Origin: Eledone cirrhosa
Taxonomy: Eukaryota
Reading direction: 5' to 3'
DNA length: 64,000 nt
Assembly: GCA_964016885.1 (NCBI GenBank)
Contig: OZ024743.1
Coordinates: forward strand, 259,532,001-259,596,000
Shown: positions 13,372-28,439 of the stretch, in pieces
How the letters are laid out: each line of letters starts with the position of its first letter
How positions within the stretch are numbered: position 1 is the first letter of the stretch
Translations under genes and position numbers: made by a program
The notes under the pieces: generated by a model
Told to the model about the DNA's origin: nothing
Databases searched by the model: none
Seen by the model: the letters and a program-made list of their open reading frames with translations, nothing else

Positions 13372-13407
13372 TCTTCTGAAGAAGAATTAGTGTCCGAAAC
13401 GTTAAAA
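13372..13407 (+). ncRNA. Decayed minimal HHR (family E)
   Basis: tctt|CTGAAGA|agaattagtgtcc|GAAA|cGTT|aaaa; homologous to 51397-51432. Confidence 0.5.
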
Positions 13408-13511
13408 CCGTTTTCTTAAAATATCAAAAAGTAAACTAATATATTTCTTCTTTGATTGTGTCGCTTGCTTTGATATTCCTGTGGAAGTTTTGTATATATA
13501 TATATATATAT

Positions 13512-13579
<68 letters not shown>

Positions 13580-13920
13580 ATCTATATAATTATACTGAAT
13601 TAGGCGTGTTAAACACTATTAAATATAAGACTTACAAACTTTAGCGGGAGGAGCACTAAATACATGTAATCAGAGGAACTTGTTCAACTTCGAAGAAACA
13701 GCAATCATATTTTCAGAACATATAAACATTATGTATATATATATGTGTGTGTGTGCGTGAGAGAGAGAGGAAGAGAGAGAGAGAAAGAGAGAGAGAGAGG
13801 GAGAGAGAGAGAGAGAGAGAGTGTGTGTGTGTGTGAGTGAGTGTTTGCGTATGTATGTGTGTTCAATTATATATATATACGTACAAATGCGGATGCTTAT
13901 TCATACATTTTTTGTTCACG

Positions 13921-14006
<86 letters not shown>

Positions 14007-14159
14007 TAGTGTGAATGTCACGTACCTATACCTATGATTGCTTGCGGGTATGTACAAACTTGCTTCCGTGTTTGGTGTGTAAAATCCTCAAACATATTTT
14101 CCAACATGGTTAGATGCATAGACAAAGAAATAGCTATGTGTGTGTATATGAGCATATGC

Positions 14160-14230
<71 letters not shown>

Positions 14231-14379
14231 GTTGTATATGTGTGCTTTATATGTTTATATATTTATATATATGTGTGTGTGTGAGTATATATCATGTTAC
14301 TAGAAATTAAGTATACACACATCCATATATATGAATATGTATGGATGGATATGTAGATAGTTATTTGTAATATATCATC

Positions 14380-14419
<40 letters not shown>

Positions 14420-14536
14420 GATGTATCTGTGTATATTAGAGTATGTGTAAAGGTGATATACTTTAACGAAATGTAGCTTTATATATATTAATGTGTTTGT
14501 ATATCACTTAGAATTTTATTGTGCATATATGTAGTC

Positions 14537-14604
<68 letters not shown>

Positions 14605-14633
14605 CGATCGATAAATACAAAGTTAGATATATG

Positions 14634-14697
<64 letters not shown>

Positions 14698-15002
14698 TGT
14701 ATGTTCGCGCGTATATGTGTTAGACTGTATGTCTATATATATACTTGTATTTATATTTATATACGTATGTGTTTATCAGTTTGGCTATGCATGTGCGACT
14801 TTACACTGGGAAAATTTGTTTATCATTCGTACTGTTCAGCTATTTATATGTGCACACACGCATATATGTGTGTTTGGATATATATACACTCATACACACA
14901 AAACATTTATATGTATGTATATCTATATGTTTACCTTTGCATATATGTGTCATACGCAGACTTAGATACACCTATAATAATTGTATATATATAATTATAT
15001 AT

Positions 15003-15033
<31 letters not shown>

Positions 15034-15799
15034 GTGTGTGTATGTGTGTGTGTGTGTGTGTGTGTGCGTGTTAGTATTTATTTATGTATGTATGTAATTG
15101 TTTAATCTATGTTTGTGTATTTTTTAAGCTAAGTTTTGTAAATTTTTCAACGCTCATTTTTTTTTTTATAAGTTGAACATTTTTTACGTCGTTCTTCATT
15201 GAATCAGGAATATCTGGCTGCTATTGCTAGCATATCGAGCGACCACATAGAAGTATCCTCATTGGCTCGTATTTGATATTATTGTTGTTTTTGTTGACAT
15301 TTAGCCCCAGATCAATCCTGTTTGAGTAAACCTATGATCAAAGCCTTCAAGCCATGATCGTCCCATTTTATTTTCACACAATGAATTACGACTATTATAC
15401 ACTCGTTATCCTCTTTTTAAAACGATAATATTCTGTAGTTTGAGTAGAATTTGGTTGTTATTACTTGCAAATCGAGCGATCATATTTATGCTCGTTGTTA
15501 GTGGTATAACTGTTTTGCCGCATTTTTAAAAAATCGTATATACAAACATCTGTGTATTTGTGTGTTTCTATGTGTATGTTTGTGTGTTTAAATGCAAGTT
15601 CATATTAGTTTGTGTGTGAATGTGTACGTTAGTATGAATATGTGCATATGTATATTTGTTTGTGATTTTGTGTGCGTGGGTGCACTTATAGATAGATATA
15701 TAGATAATACATCTTTCTGTTGATTTTTTCTGTTACTCCTTTGTAAAAACAGAACGTATATATATGTTATATAGTGATATCCATTATCATATATATCTG

Positions 15800-15869
<70 letters not shown>

Positions 15870-15969
15870 AAAATAAATATTTATATATTCCAATAAGCAC
15901 TCAGCTGGTTTCGTGCGCGCTACACTCCATTTGCCGGGGAGATGTTACTACATCTCTGCAAGTGCTGGC

Positions 15970-17022
15970 TGCTAAAAATGACAGCTAAAATTGGAACGCA
16001 GCAGCTGTAAATGAAATAGCAGCAGCAACACAACAAACAGCATCAACATCAAAAGCATAGGCAGCTGCAGCAGCATCAATAGCAACAACACCACATCCAG
16101 CAACAGTAACAGCAGCAACAACGGCTACGACAGCTCAGAAGTATCTATAACAGCTGAGGCAAAACTCCGACAGTAACAGCACCGGCAGCAGTAAATACAG
16201 CAGTAACTCTAACAGGAACACCAGCAGCAGCAGCAACAGCACAAGCTGCAGTAAATACAACAGTGACTCTGTCAGAAGTGGCAGCAACTGCAGCAACAGC
16301 AACTGCAGCAACAAACAGGGCGACAACAGCTGTAGCTCTGTTGGTGCCAAAATGCAGTCAGCAGCAATTATTACAACAGCAGCAATTATTAACAACAGCA
16401 CCACAACAGCAACAACAACACAACAGCAGCACCGCAACAGCGGCACTATAGCAACAGCATCACAACAACAGTCTCACATAATCAACAATCACAAGAAGAG
16501 CATCACAACAACAACATCACAACAACAGCATCACAATAACAGCATCACAACAACAGTATCACAAAAACAGCATCACAACAACAGCTCCCAAACAACAGTA
16601 CAGGAAGATTACCGCAATGAAAACAACACAGCGATAGGAACACAGCTGACGTCATCACCAAAATAACAGCATAAAATGGCGCCACAACAGAACCAGAATG
16701 GCACTGCAATAACATCACCATAAAGACGGCACCTCAAAAGCATCAACATAACAACAGCACCATAACATCGCCACTCCACAACATCAATACTATATCACGA
16801 CAACAGCGCCACTCAACAACAGCGGAACTCCGACAGCAGTATCAACACATCACAACAGCATCACCATAACAACCTCACCGTAAAAGCATCACCATAACAG
16901 CGGAGCTCCAACAGCAACTCCAGAACAACGGTACCACAAGGCGCAATTCCATATCCACAGAACCAATAAATTACCATAAGCAGCAATATCAGAAGAGCAT
17001 AGCAACAGCCCCACAACAACAG
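15970..17022. repeat. Degenerate CAG/CAA trinucleotide low-complexity tract
   Basis: Direct reading; no long open frame. Confidence 0.8.
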
Positions 17023-17461
17023 TGTGTTTGTGTGTGAATGTGTGCATGTGTGTGTGCGCACAGGTGTGTGTATGTGAATATGTGAGTTTGTTTTGTCTTT
17101 GGCTACGAATATATATGTATGTGTGTGTTTGTGTACAGGTTTAAGTATATGGATTAATTCAGAAGAATATTAATGAAAAACTTTAGTCGCCATATAAATG
17201 ACAATTATATTAAAATTATAGCAAATATATATAAAACCCCGATACTGCTCATACGATATGTATTGAGCACTTTCTAAACAACAATGGCTACTTCTGTTTA
17301 TATTAATATATTTATCATCATTTGGAACAGTAGAATTCTTACATCTATGAGTGTATTAACATCACATCTGCATCTTCAAAGAAAGAATCGCCATAGTAGT
17401 GACACATTGGTGACCTGATTAGTGAAGTGATATGTATATGAATACACACACAAACACATTC

Positions 17462-17818
<357 letters not shown>

Positions 17819-18101
17819 CCAAATACAGACAAACAGACGTAAGCACACCACTTGGTGGGTATCCTATGGAATTACCTATAAGTTATCAAGCTTAGTTTCA
17901 ATATTATAAAGAGACGGTTTTATGTATATATCCTATACTTATAATATAATCATGTTATGCACATTTCAAATACATCGTAGTGGTTGCGTAATAATCAATT
18001 GATAAGTATTAAGGTGTAATATTTTTTGTTTGATTTTATATGTTCCCAATAGTTTGGAACACGATGTTAGCAGTCTGGCAACAAAGCAAACATATATATA
18101 T

Positions 18102-18263
18102 ATGTCCTGGGTATGACATTAAACTGCAACCATTGGCAAGGCTCCAGTTCAGGAGTTCAGGAGATATGGGGAATGTGGAGTTACCTCTTAGTTGTTATCA
18201 CTCCCAGGTCTGTTCTGACTTAGAGAAGTAGTATCTGTTAGGGCCCCGTTTATGGGTTAAATG
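18102..18263 (+). mobile_element. Probable SINE-like interspersed repeat fragment
   Basis: Resembles, from memory only, an abundant octopus repeat (ctccagtt...actcccaggtc...ctgttagggcccc); single copy here. Confidence 0.4.
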
Positions 18264-18946
18264 ATTACCTTACACGAATGGCTCCGGTAAGATATTATCA
18301 GCCATTGATAAAGAAAAGATATATATATATATATATACACATATATGTGTATATTAATTTAATTAATATAGCAGGAGAGGCCGAACTGGTAATATTCCTT
18401 TAAAGTTTTTTGTTGCAAAAAACAATATATATATATATATGTGTCCTGGTTACATAAGATCCTGGCGACATTATTACGTTCGGATTGCATAATTAGTTAA
18501 TCAAGAAAGGAATTACAGCAAACACAAACAGAGAATAGAAGAATAGAGAAAATATTAGATTCAGGATGGCCCGCGAAATAGGTATTATTGTTGCTTTAGA
18601 GTCTTTACATGGAGATGGTCTAAAGCTTAGACCATCTCCATGTAATCTTGCGGGAAAATACGAATTTTCCCTGTAAAGTGAGAAAATGATAAAACTCTTC
18701 AACCGATTTTCGGATCTTATTGGAGCATCATCTGAAGACGCGTATATCATCCAATCAGCCACACAGAAACATGTATTTAATCGGTATATGTATATATATA
18801 TATATATAACACAACTACACGTAACTATAACCTCTTGCTCAAATCAGTCCACAAACCCTTAGTAAATACCCTAAACCGCACTTATGATTCTTGTCAAACT
18901 AAACCGTACTCACCCTAAAAAAATCGGTAAAACAAACGCAGGTGGA

Positions 18947-19039
<93 letters not shown>

Positions 19040-19414
19040 GATTGTACGTCACAAAAATATATATTACAGCGGATTCTGAATAAAATGTTATGAAATTCTA
19101 CATCTTGTCTTTGTAATTATCAGTATCATATATATACTCTGTCATGGGCTATCAGATTGAATTTGGAAGGGTAGACATGTCGTTGAGTGCTTGAAACTCA
19201 TTGCATCATCGTTTACTGTTTGGAGTGTTGCATACACAGCTTGGTTGGTCAACATCATATACGAAAGAATATACTATTTTCATTATTCTCTTATTTTATT
19301 ATTTTATTAATCTCTAATTCCTGATTTTCCTACTTCTCACTTATTCAAATCGTTTTAGCTCTCTGCTCTACGATTATTGTCCTCACCCCACCCTTTTTTT
19401 TGTAGTACTAATAT

Positions 19415-19600
19415 GGTTTCTTATATAGGCACCAGGCCAGCAAAGGAAAGTCGATCAAATCGACCCCAGTGCGTGACTGGTACTTTATTTTATCGACCCT
19501 GTTAGGATGAACGGCAAAGTTAACCTCAGATCATAAAGGGCCTTTACTCTATGCTGCAAAGCATGGCGTCCGACCTTCTACCGATACTGGCAATCCACCG
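19415..19600 (-). mobile_element. tRNA-derived SINE (Meta-domain-like)
   Basis: Homologous to 21448-21630. Confidence 0.75.
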
Positions 19601-20004
19601 CCCTTGCTGTAGTACTAATATACAATATATTTAATATTTTATATTCTATTTTCATATTTTCCTTGGTTCTGCCACTAACATGGCCATAACAAACTACCAT
19701 ATTATCACTATAATTTCACTAATTTCAACTTTATCATCATCATCAAAATCAACGCATATATCATACCCTTTCTCTTCTCGAGTATTTCTATTATCCACTA
19801 AATAATTTACCTACCTCCAGCAATTGATACATACTGGCCTGCCTATCTAAGTTATATACTGTTCATAATAATTTCGAACTTCCTCATTTGCTAATTTCAC
19901 AAATTTCACAACGTCTTCTTCATGTTTTATGTGTTATTTTGTTAGTTTCAATCATATGTATAATGATCTCATATTATGTTGAATCGTTGGCGAAAACGTT
20001 TTCT

Positions 20005-20375
20005 GTGATGAAACACTTAATTGAAGTTACGTTTGAAAATTAGTCTCGTTGTTAGTAGTGCTATTGGGATGAGGGAGACTTTTGTTAAGTTGTAGATCTG
20101 TAGTTGTTTGTAGCGCTTATTAAATGAGGGGAGGAGTTGCTAAATTGAAGATATGTTGTTGTTAATAGTACTATTGGTATGGGGTTGCTGTTTGTGAAGT
20201 TGTAGCTCTGTCGTTTTTAGTGGTGCTATTGGCACGAGGGGAGGGTTTTGTGAAGTTATAAATCTATCGTTGTTAATAGTGCTATTGGGATGAGGGTAGG
20301 GGTTGTTAAGTTATAGATCTGTCGTTGTTAGTAATGCTATTGGGTTGAAAGATGGTTTGTGAAGTTGTATATCTT
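20005..20375. repeat. Diverged ~55-bp minisatellite, 6-7 units
   Basis: gctattgg...aagttgtagatctg units start near 20060, 20116, 20170, 20225, 20281 and 20336. Confidence 0.8.
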
Positions 20376-21447
20376 CATATTCTATTTTATCATACATGAA
20401 GTTCTAATTTATATTGGAACCGTTTTTACTGTTTATTTTATCCTCAAACGTTTCTTACTTCTATTTTGATGTTCTCGGTGGAAGTGTCTGCTTTATTGCA
20501 TAATGGATTTACTTACTTACCTGGTCATGTTTGTAGCTATATTCAGTCTCCTCATGTACTGTGGAACCGGATATGATGTGGTCATTTGCTTCTTTGAGTC
20601 GATTGTATAATATGCTGATAATATTAGACATTTGTTCTATTATTTCATGTTTGGTAATTGAGAAGGTGATGGCGGTGGTTAGGTCAAGCATTGATCTGTT
20701 GAAGCTAAAATCAGATTTTTTCCGTTTCTGCCTTTAGTCTAGCGCTATTGAGCTATTGTTGGATTTCATATTAGTTCCCTTCCCCACTCTCTACTGCCGC
20801 AGGATACTGATCGACAGATCAAGCAGAGTTGTTGTTTTCTTAGAATCTTTTGTCATTCTGGTTTGATTTTATATTTTGTTTTAACATTTTTCGTTGCTTT
20901 TATCTAAAACAATTTTCTCATTGTACGTGAGTACATGTTATGTATATTCAATCTATATTAAGTTTAGAATAGGTACTGAATTGACGGAGTCAGTAGAATG
21001 CTTTGCGTATTCCTTCCAGCTCTTTATACTCCGAGATCAGATCCCACCAGATCAATTTTGTTTCTCATATTTTAGTGGTCACTAAGTATTAATTATGTAC
21101 TGAGGTCATTTCTTCTTTATATAATTTCCTCGCTTCCTATTTTGCATTCTCTTTCACTTTCTTTCCTTTTCTGGATGGTCGGATGTGTTCAAATCTGGAG
21201 AGGGATGGGTTCTGCTAGATTTAAAATGTTGAAAACGCACTGTATGTCAATACCGTTCCCCAACAATTTCACGAGGCACGACAGATTCATACATACATCA
21301 ATTTTTAATTGTAAATTCATATAAGGAGAATTGTTCTTCTGATTATCATACCAAGGTTCTTTAATTTACTTACATTCCAATTTCTTATATTGAAGATGTA
21401 GTTCCTGACATGAAATTGTCCACGTATTCATGTATATCATTATTTTT

Positions 21448-21630
21448 GGTGGATTGGCAGTATCGGTAGAGGGTCAGACTCCATGCTTTCCAACATAGTT
21501 ACGTCCCTTTACGATCTGAGTTCAAATCCCGCCGAGGTTGACTTAGCCTTTCATCCTTACGGGGTCGATAAAATAAAGTACCAGTAATGCACTGGGTAAT
21601 TTCTGGCCTTGTGCCTAAAGTAGAAACAAT
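21448..21630 (+). mobile_element. Near full-length tRNA-derived SINE (Meta-domain-like)
   Basis: A-box-like tggcagtatcgg, B-box gagttcaaatcc, central gcctttcatccttacggggtcgataaaataaagtaccag; many copies in the window. Confidence 0.85.
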
Positions 21631-22280
21631 TATTTTTTTTAATAATTACGTCTCGGAATCGACACCACTGAATGGTATCTTGGACAAGTGACATTTACCA
21701 TAGCCTCGGGTCGACATATACCTTGTGAGTGAAATTAGGTAGACGGAAATTTGTTCTAGAATTTCGTCGGATGGACTATAACTTTATATCAAAAGGCCAG
21801 TCTTGACACAGTGTCACGCTGAATCTCTGTGAGAATTACATTTTGTATGGAATGTTGCATGTAAATTTTATGAGAAGGCTTGATCAGTCATTATCGAAAC
21901 CGATGGAGGTCTATACCATAACCTAATTCATAGCATTGATGTCGATTTTGATATTACTCTACTTTTGTAATTCATTATTCCTGAATTAAATAGTACATGC
22001 ACAACATCTGAAGCATATAGGATATGTATGTCGAACATAAAATACAATATAAACAAAAAAATAAATGTTTGCCAAACCAAAAAGAAAATATTATCCAGAT
22101 ACATGCTTCAAGCATGCAGAAATTCTAAACCTGACTGAGTTCACAAAGGTAGTCAATGACACAGGCTGGTCTGAAAGATTTTAATGAAGTTGATGGGGAA
22201 TCTCTCAGATCGGAAATATCTACGCTCTGAACCCATGACTCAATTCTAATTTTATTACTTCGATCTTGCCATTTAAAATA

Positions 22281-22460
22281 ATTGTTTCTAATTTTGGCAC
22301 AAGGCCAGCAAATTACCCAGTGTATTACTGGTAATTTATTCTATCGACCCCGTAAGAATGAAAGGCAAAGTTAACCTCGGCGGGATTTGAACCCTGAACA
22401 TAAAGGGCGGTATCTCTATGCTGCAAAGCATGATGTCCGACCCTCTACTGATACTGTCAA
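22281..22460 (-). mobile_element. Same tRNA-derived SINE
   Basis: Reverse-complement match to 21448-21630. Confidence 0.8.
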
Positions 22461-22729
22461 TTTAAAATTTGCCATTTTAAATAATAATTATAGTTTTCAT
22501 AAGGTTTCCTTCGGGCCTCATTTTGGTATAAATGCTGACATTATATGCAGTTTCTTTAACAGGTGCTGCTATATACGTGAGTGTGGCGTCTAGAGTTTGA
22601 ATTTATCCCCAAACACGACTTGTTCTGATTTGTGTATTTCATTTGTAGCCATTGAAGATTTCATTCAGCCAGAGGGATCACCTTTTTAATCCTCCCTATT
22701 CTATGCTAAGAGTCTGGCAAAGAAATGCA

Positions 22730-23280
22730 GGGAGATTGTCGAGTCCAAGACAGCTGATGAACAGTGCGGTTTTCGCCCCGGATTCACACTGCGAAAGGAT
22801 TTCGAGAAATCGTGAACGTATTGCCAAGAGATACATTCTTGTTTTATCGACCTTTAAAAGGCATATGACCGCGTTCCCCGTGATTAGCTGTGGAAAGCTG
22901 TACAAGAGTATGGGATCGATGGTCAGCTTCTTCTTGCCCTGATGTTTCTATACGAATGCCCTCGTATTTACGTTCGGATAAATGGTGCTAAATCGAAACA
23001 ATTCAATGTGGGAGTCGGTCACCGCTAAGGGTGCGTACTGTCACCTGTCCTGTTCATTATTTACTTGAACAGGATAGACATGCGCTGCTGAATTCGAAGT
23101 GGTTTCATGACTGGTGGGTGTAAAATCAGTTGGCTGGAATTTGCAGAGGATATGGTGTTAACTCGACAGAGAGTGATCTCCCACATGCATTCCATAAGTT
23201 TGATGCCGAAGAAGAAGAAGAAGAAGAAGAAGAAGAAGAAGAAGAAGAAGAAGAAGAAGAAGAAGAAGAAGAAGAAGAAG

Positions 23281-23310
<30 letters not shown>
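22730..23310 (+). mobile_element. RTE LINE RT fragment followed by (GAA)n
   Basis: Colinear with 2003-2500 (EQCGF, GCVLSPVLFIIY, LEFAED). Confidence 0.85.
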
Positions 23311-23311
<1 letters not shown>

Positions 23312-24119
23312 TAATGGTTTGTTTAAATATTTACCCCTTTTCTAATGTAAAGGGCTGCGACTATCTGCCGCAAAGCATGTTGTCCGACGCTCTGTTGATA
23401 CTGCCAATCAACCACGATGGTTAAGAAGACAGAGAGATCAATCAATTTCAAAGTTTTAATGTTGCTAGCAGTCTTGACTATATTGCTAAATTTCCTTCTT
23501 TTTCTGCTGACCCTTGTTTCTCATATAATGGTATATTTCTTTGTCTCCCCTCATTTCTAAAACGTTGTCAATATTTATTTTGCTGTAAATTTCTATTCCA
23601 TATGTTTCCCTATAGGATTGAATTTTAGATGTTGTTGTTGTTGTATGTCAGTGAACTATTAAGCATTGTTTATTGCTGTCCGGTAGAATTTAGAATATAT
23701 ATATCAAAACCATTATGCTGAGAGAAAAGTATTTACATTTCACAAACTGTATGTTTTTTTTCCCTCAACTCTTTGCAGTTATCTATTCCAATCTTTCCTT
23801 TTCTTTACTGGGATATTTTCCATTTCTTTATATTGCCTTTTCTTGATAATTCATTTTTTCCTTCGCCTGTTATTTTCTCTTTACTCTTTGTTTTCATATT
23901 AGATATTTTCCATCTAATTTAGCTACTTAAACATACATGTATAATTCAGAGTTCATTCTTTAACATACGTTTCTGTACAATATCCGTTTACATGTGGTGA
24001 CTGCAAATTCCATGCATTACGTAATAACATATTTCACTTCATCAGAAAGAGAAAAATTATTATAGTCCAAGGTGAGGTCGTTGCATTTCTGCAATAATCA
24101 TCCGTTACTGCTAACTGCA

Positions 24120-24181
<62 letters not shown>

Positions 24182-24362
24182 ACCGCACCAGCCACAATTG
24201 GCCAAGCATGGTGAGTATGGCTAAACAATTGCAGACATGTCTAAAACCAAACAGAAAGCGGACGTGGTTAACCAGTGAGGATTTCCTCCTACAGGAGTGA
24301 GAAGGCTCTGCATTGGATTGGATTGTAGACCTGACAACCTCTAAAAACTCAGATGGATATAT

Positions 24363-24429
24363 ATTAAAATAACAGATTAAAGTTTAAGCAAAGTATCGCT
24401 GCTTTCACCCTTAACGGGATCTTCTGAAA
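24363..24429 (-). ncRNA. Family A HHR-like motif with short end
   Basis: Reverse complement tttCAGAAGAtcccgttaagggtGAAAgcagcgatactttgcTTaaact. Confidence 0.55.
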
Positions 24430-27400
24430 ATAAAGAAAAAATCAATATGTGAACGCAGAAGTAAATATTTCGAAAAACGTTGCAGCCGAAGGAAAACAGG
24501 AAGGCGATACTTTGGTTTGTGAAGACGTTCCCTCGCAATGAACGGGAAAATGCAAAGATAATACGTCCATATGTGGAGCGAGAAGAACAATTAAGCGCAA
24601 AGACAAAACCACGTTTATGGTATAAATGGAGTCATCAGACTAATATTCTATTTAGGAAACCGAATGATTGTCGGCTTCGGAGTTAAGAATAATGTAAATA
24701 AATTAGTTGAACGAAAATGACAGAGGTTATTAAAATCATAAAAGTAATAACAAATATATACATACACACATCTATATACGTACAAACACGTGCTTGCGCG
24801 AAAACACACGCCACACATAAACACGGGCACACGTACGTAAATCGGCGCGACAACATATACCCGCACACATACGAACGTATACACCAAATACACACATATA
24901 TATATATATATATTTGTGTGTGTGTGTGTGTGGTATGCATATAATTATATATACATATATAAATATACACACACAGCATACGGAAGCGATGTGGTAAATG
25001 GACATCCAAATAGCGCATGTAACACACGCATATACAAATAGCTGGAGGTGTCTAACCGCACTACCCTGCTCGCGCATATAAGGCATAGACGGGGTATACG
25101 GCATATACAACGTATACAGCCACTTGTCGGGCTGACTGCTTTTGTTACTATTCACGTTTATCTATCATCATCCAGGCCCAGAATAATATCCTGAATTATA
25201 GATATGTTTGCTTCCATTGTTTCCCCTCCCTAACTATTACTATGTTATCGTGATACACTCAATTACTTCATACATTTTCAATGTTATATATCCTATGTAA
25301 GCCTTTCGAGGTTCTCTTTGATATATTATTTGCTCTTATGTTTTATCTACATTATATGAAACACATGAACATAAAGGATAGTGAATACTTTTCATTTCAA
25401 TTACATGCACGTTCAATGTCTAATTTCCTGTATGGTTTTTTTTTTATAGGTTTCTGTACTTCGTATTAGATAGACTGAAAATATACAATCTTCATCGCTG
25501 AATATCTAAATTATCTAAGTGGCGTTTGTATATAAATTTACTTATATGCATGCATATTACTTATATGCATGCATATAATAACGAAAACGTAGATAAATAT
25601 GCATACGCAAAATACTATATATTTGGCTAATGTATAAAATGAAAAGGCGGTGAATTGGAAGAGTTGTTAGAATGTCGGATAGAATGTTTTTAAAAGATCC
25701 TGCTACGGTCAAATTTGTCTTTCATGCTTTTGAGATCGATAAAAAAGTAAAAGTCTGGTTCTGAGCTCGATTCTTCTTCTATATCACTTTCTTTCTTCCT
25801 CTTCTTATTCACTCCTCTTGATGAAATTTGCCGTGTTCAGACATGGAGAGGAGATGGGCTCCGACTGGTTTAAAAACTGCCCAACAAACGCTGTATGTCA
25901 CTAGGGTACCCCCAAAGACTCCATAAAGAGTTACGGTCCCTTGCACACATACACAATGAACAAGAGAGGGAGCAAGAGAAGGGGAGAACGATAATGGGAT
26001 ACCATAGTAGGTTATATTCAATACAACCTATACACATGTATGTCATGAATGCATGTGAACAGACGCAGTATGAGGGTTACATCATGTATATATGCAGTAC
26101 AGATTATTAAAATATACAACATTTAAACTCTAACAATGTTCATTAACACAAATATATGCAAACTAGGGAGCCTATACGTATTGCACTATCAGCTAGAAAT
26201 AATAGTCAAATCTCATTGAACTTGCGCACTTTGGATAATGTAATTATAGATGAATAATATTCATTATAGATGAATAATATTCGATGATGTTGAGGATTCG
26301 CTACCTAACGAGATTTGTCCTGCAGCTAAACATCACCATGGCTATCTCTAAAGAAGTATCAAATATAATGCATATCTCCCAATATAGCAACAAAACACCA
26401 ACAATCACCTACAGTCAAGCTCAAATTTTAAAATACCAGGACAGAAATACGTGCAGATGTTTATCCAACTAATCTAGGGAAACTAAATTTCTTTAAAAAT
26501 GCCCAGTACAACTTTCGATAACTTGATAAAATAATACCACCAAATTCTGATAAAGATGATATATCGATTTCCTGTTCACGGTGTATATTTTGTTTTTCCC
26601 GAAAGTTTTGACAAGACCATGTTTTAGGAACTTTGCTACAATGTAAAAAGATGTTGACACATGATTCGCCAATTTCGAAATAAAATGACGATAGTTAACC
26701 ACGTTTGCATACAAAACAAGAGAGAAATAATTTGGTATATATATATAGTTTAAAAACATCATGGTTCAACGTATCTTACGTTAGTTCTTCATCAGAAGAT
26801 GTAGAATCCAGAAACAAGAGGTTGAGATATTAGAAGAGGATAAAATTGGGCATTTGAGTGTGTTGTTTTAATCCGTCCCTGTGTGTATATGCGTTTTTTG
26901 CATGTGTAAGTGTATCAAATATAAAAAAGAAATTCGACAAACATTGCTGTTTAGTTGAAAAATAAAACTCATTTCCCAAATGGGAAATAGCATAAGTTAA
27001 AATAAACATTATAACCAGAGATTCATCGTCATAGCAACGCCACAATATAGGACGCTAAATGAGAACTACCTGTATACAGGTGTGTATGTTTCTACCTAGA
27101 CTCCGTTCTACATGATTGGATTGAGGAAAGCCCCACCATACCCCAGGATGCAAATGGAAGACATCAAGTGCAGGTCACCCTTCAAGCGGACCGAGTCTTC
27201 CCAAACCGTCTCGCCTACTACCGTTCTGCTTTGCAGACAAACAACGGTGCATAGTTTAATCTAAAGCATTCTAGTAGCATCCTAGTAGCCAGTTCTTCAT
27301 CTATAGCATCATAGTAGCCACTTCTTCATGTTGAGGGCATGCCCCTCTACTTTTGCGTGTGTGGTCCACACAAATGCCGATGCGCCATAGCGCAAGGCGG

Positions 27401-28315
27401 TTCCTTCGACACACCTCTCTGAATGACCTAATCAGGAACCACGATGCGACCGGTTTCCCGTCACAACTGGAACCAACTGGCTTAGATTATAGTGATGGTA
27501 ACTCCGATTCGAGGTAATTAAATCCTCTTATATTTTCCTTATTGCCATTTATATTCTGAATCTGATCTTTTTCATTGCTTGCCTAATCGTAATATTATAC
27601 CTGTTACACACTGGAGAAGTGTGACCTAGCATAGCTTCGAGTTTACCTATTTTTGTGAGTGAAATTGGTCGACGGAAACTGTGGGAGCCCGTCGGATTGA
27701 CTATACATATAATTCAAAGGGCCAGCATTGGCCTACACTTTGCCACGCCAAATCTCCTTGAGAATTACTTTATGGGTACACGTCATTCAAATGCTCTGTC
27801 ATTTACACGTTAATTTCTTGTGTAAGCTGTTCCATTGATCGAACAACCAAAACACTCATCTTTGAAACCGACTCAGATCCATTGCACCTGTAATTTAAAG
27901 AGCAAGCATTGTAACGCACAATCTGATGCTGAGTATCCATCAGAATTACGTCAAGCGAGCACGACACTGCGTAATGTTCAGCCACTAATACATTAATTTA
28001 ATAAGTAGGTTATTCTATTGATCGAACAACTACAACACACATCTTCGAAACCGACGGAAGTTCATTCACCCAGTTTTCTTTCTTTACTTTTTCCATCCTG
28101 TTAATTTCATTACCGTTAGTATTCTTCTTATAGTAGAGCGCTAAGATCTGCTTCTACCAGCCAGTCTCTAGTCTCAAATGGATACTATTTATTTTAATTC
28201 CCAAAACACAACAGAAATTCTTCTAAACTATGTTATCCTATGCAATAGATTTCACCAAAAGTTATAATTACATATACATACATAAACACGTACAATCACA
28301 CACATATGTCGTATG

Positions 28316-28417
<102 letters not shown>

Positions 28418-28439
28418 CTTATATGTGTATTATGTGTGT

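Noticed and set aside
16263-16666. Gln/Thr-rich ORFs
   Set aside because: Short frames inside degenerate CAG/CAA simple sequence.
21173-21208. Minus-strand HPSPDLNTSDH resembling the Tc1/mariner SPDLNP motif
   Set aside because: Too short, with no supporting DDE frame or terminal repeats.
21448-21535. tRNA gene
   Set aside because: A/B boxes are present but run into a SINE body repeated across the window; no clean cloverleaf.
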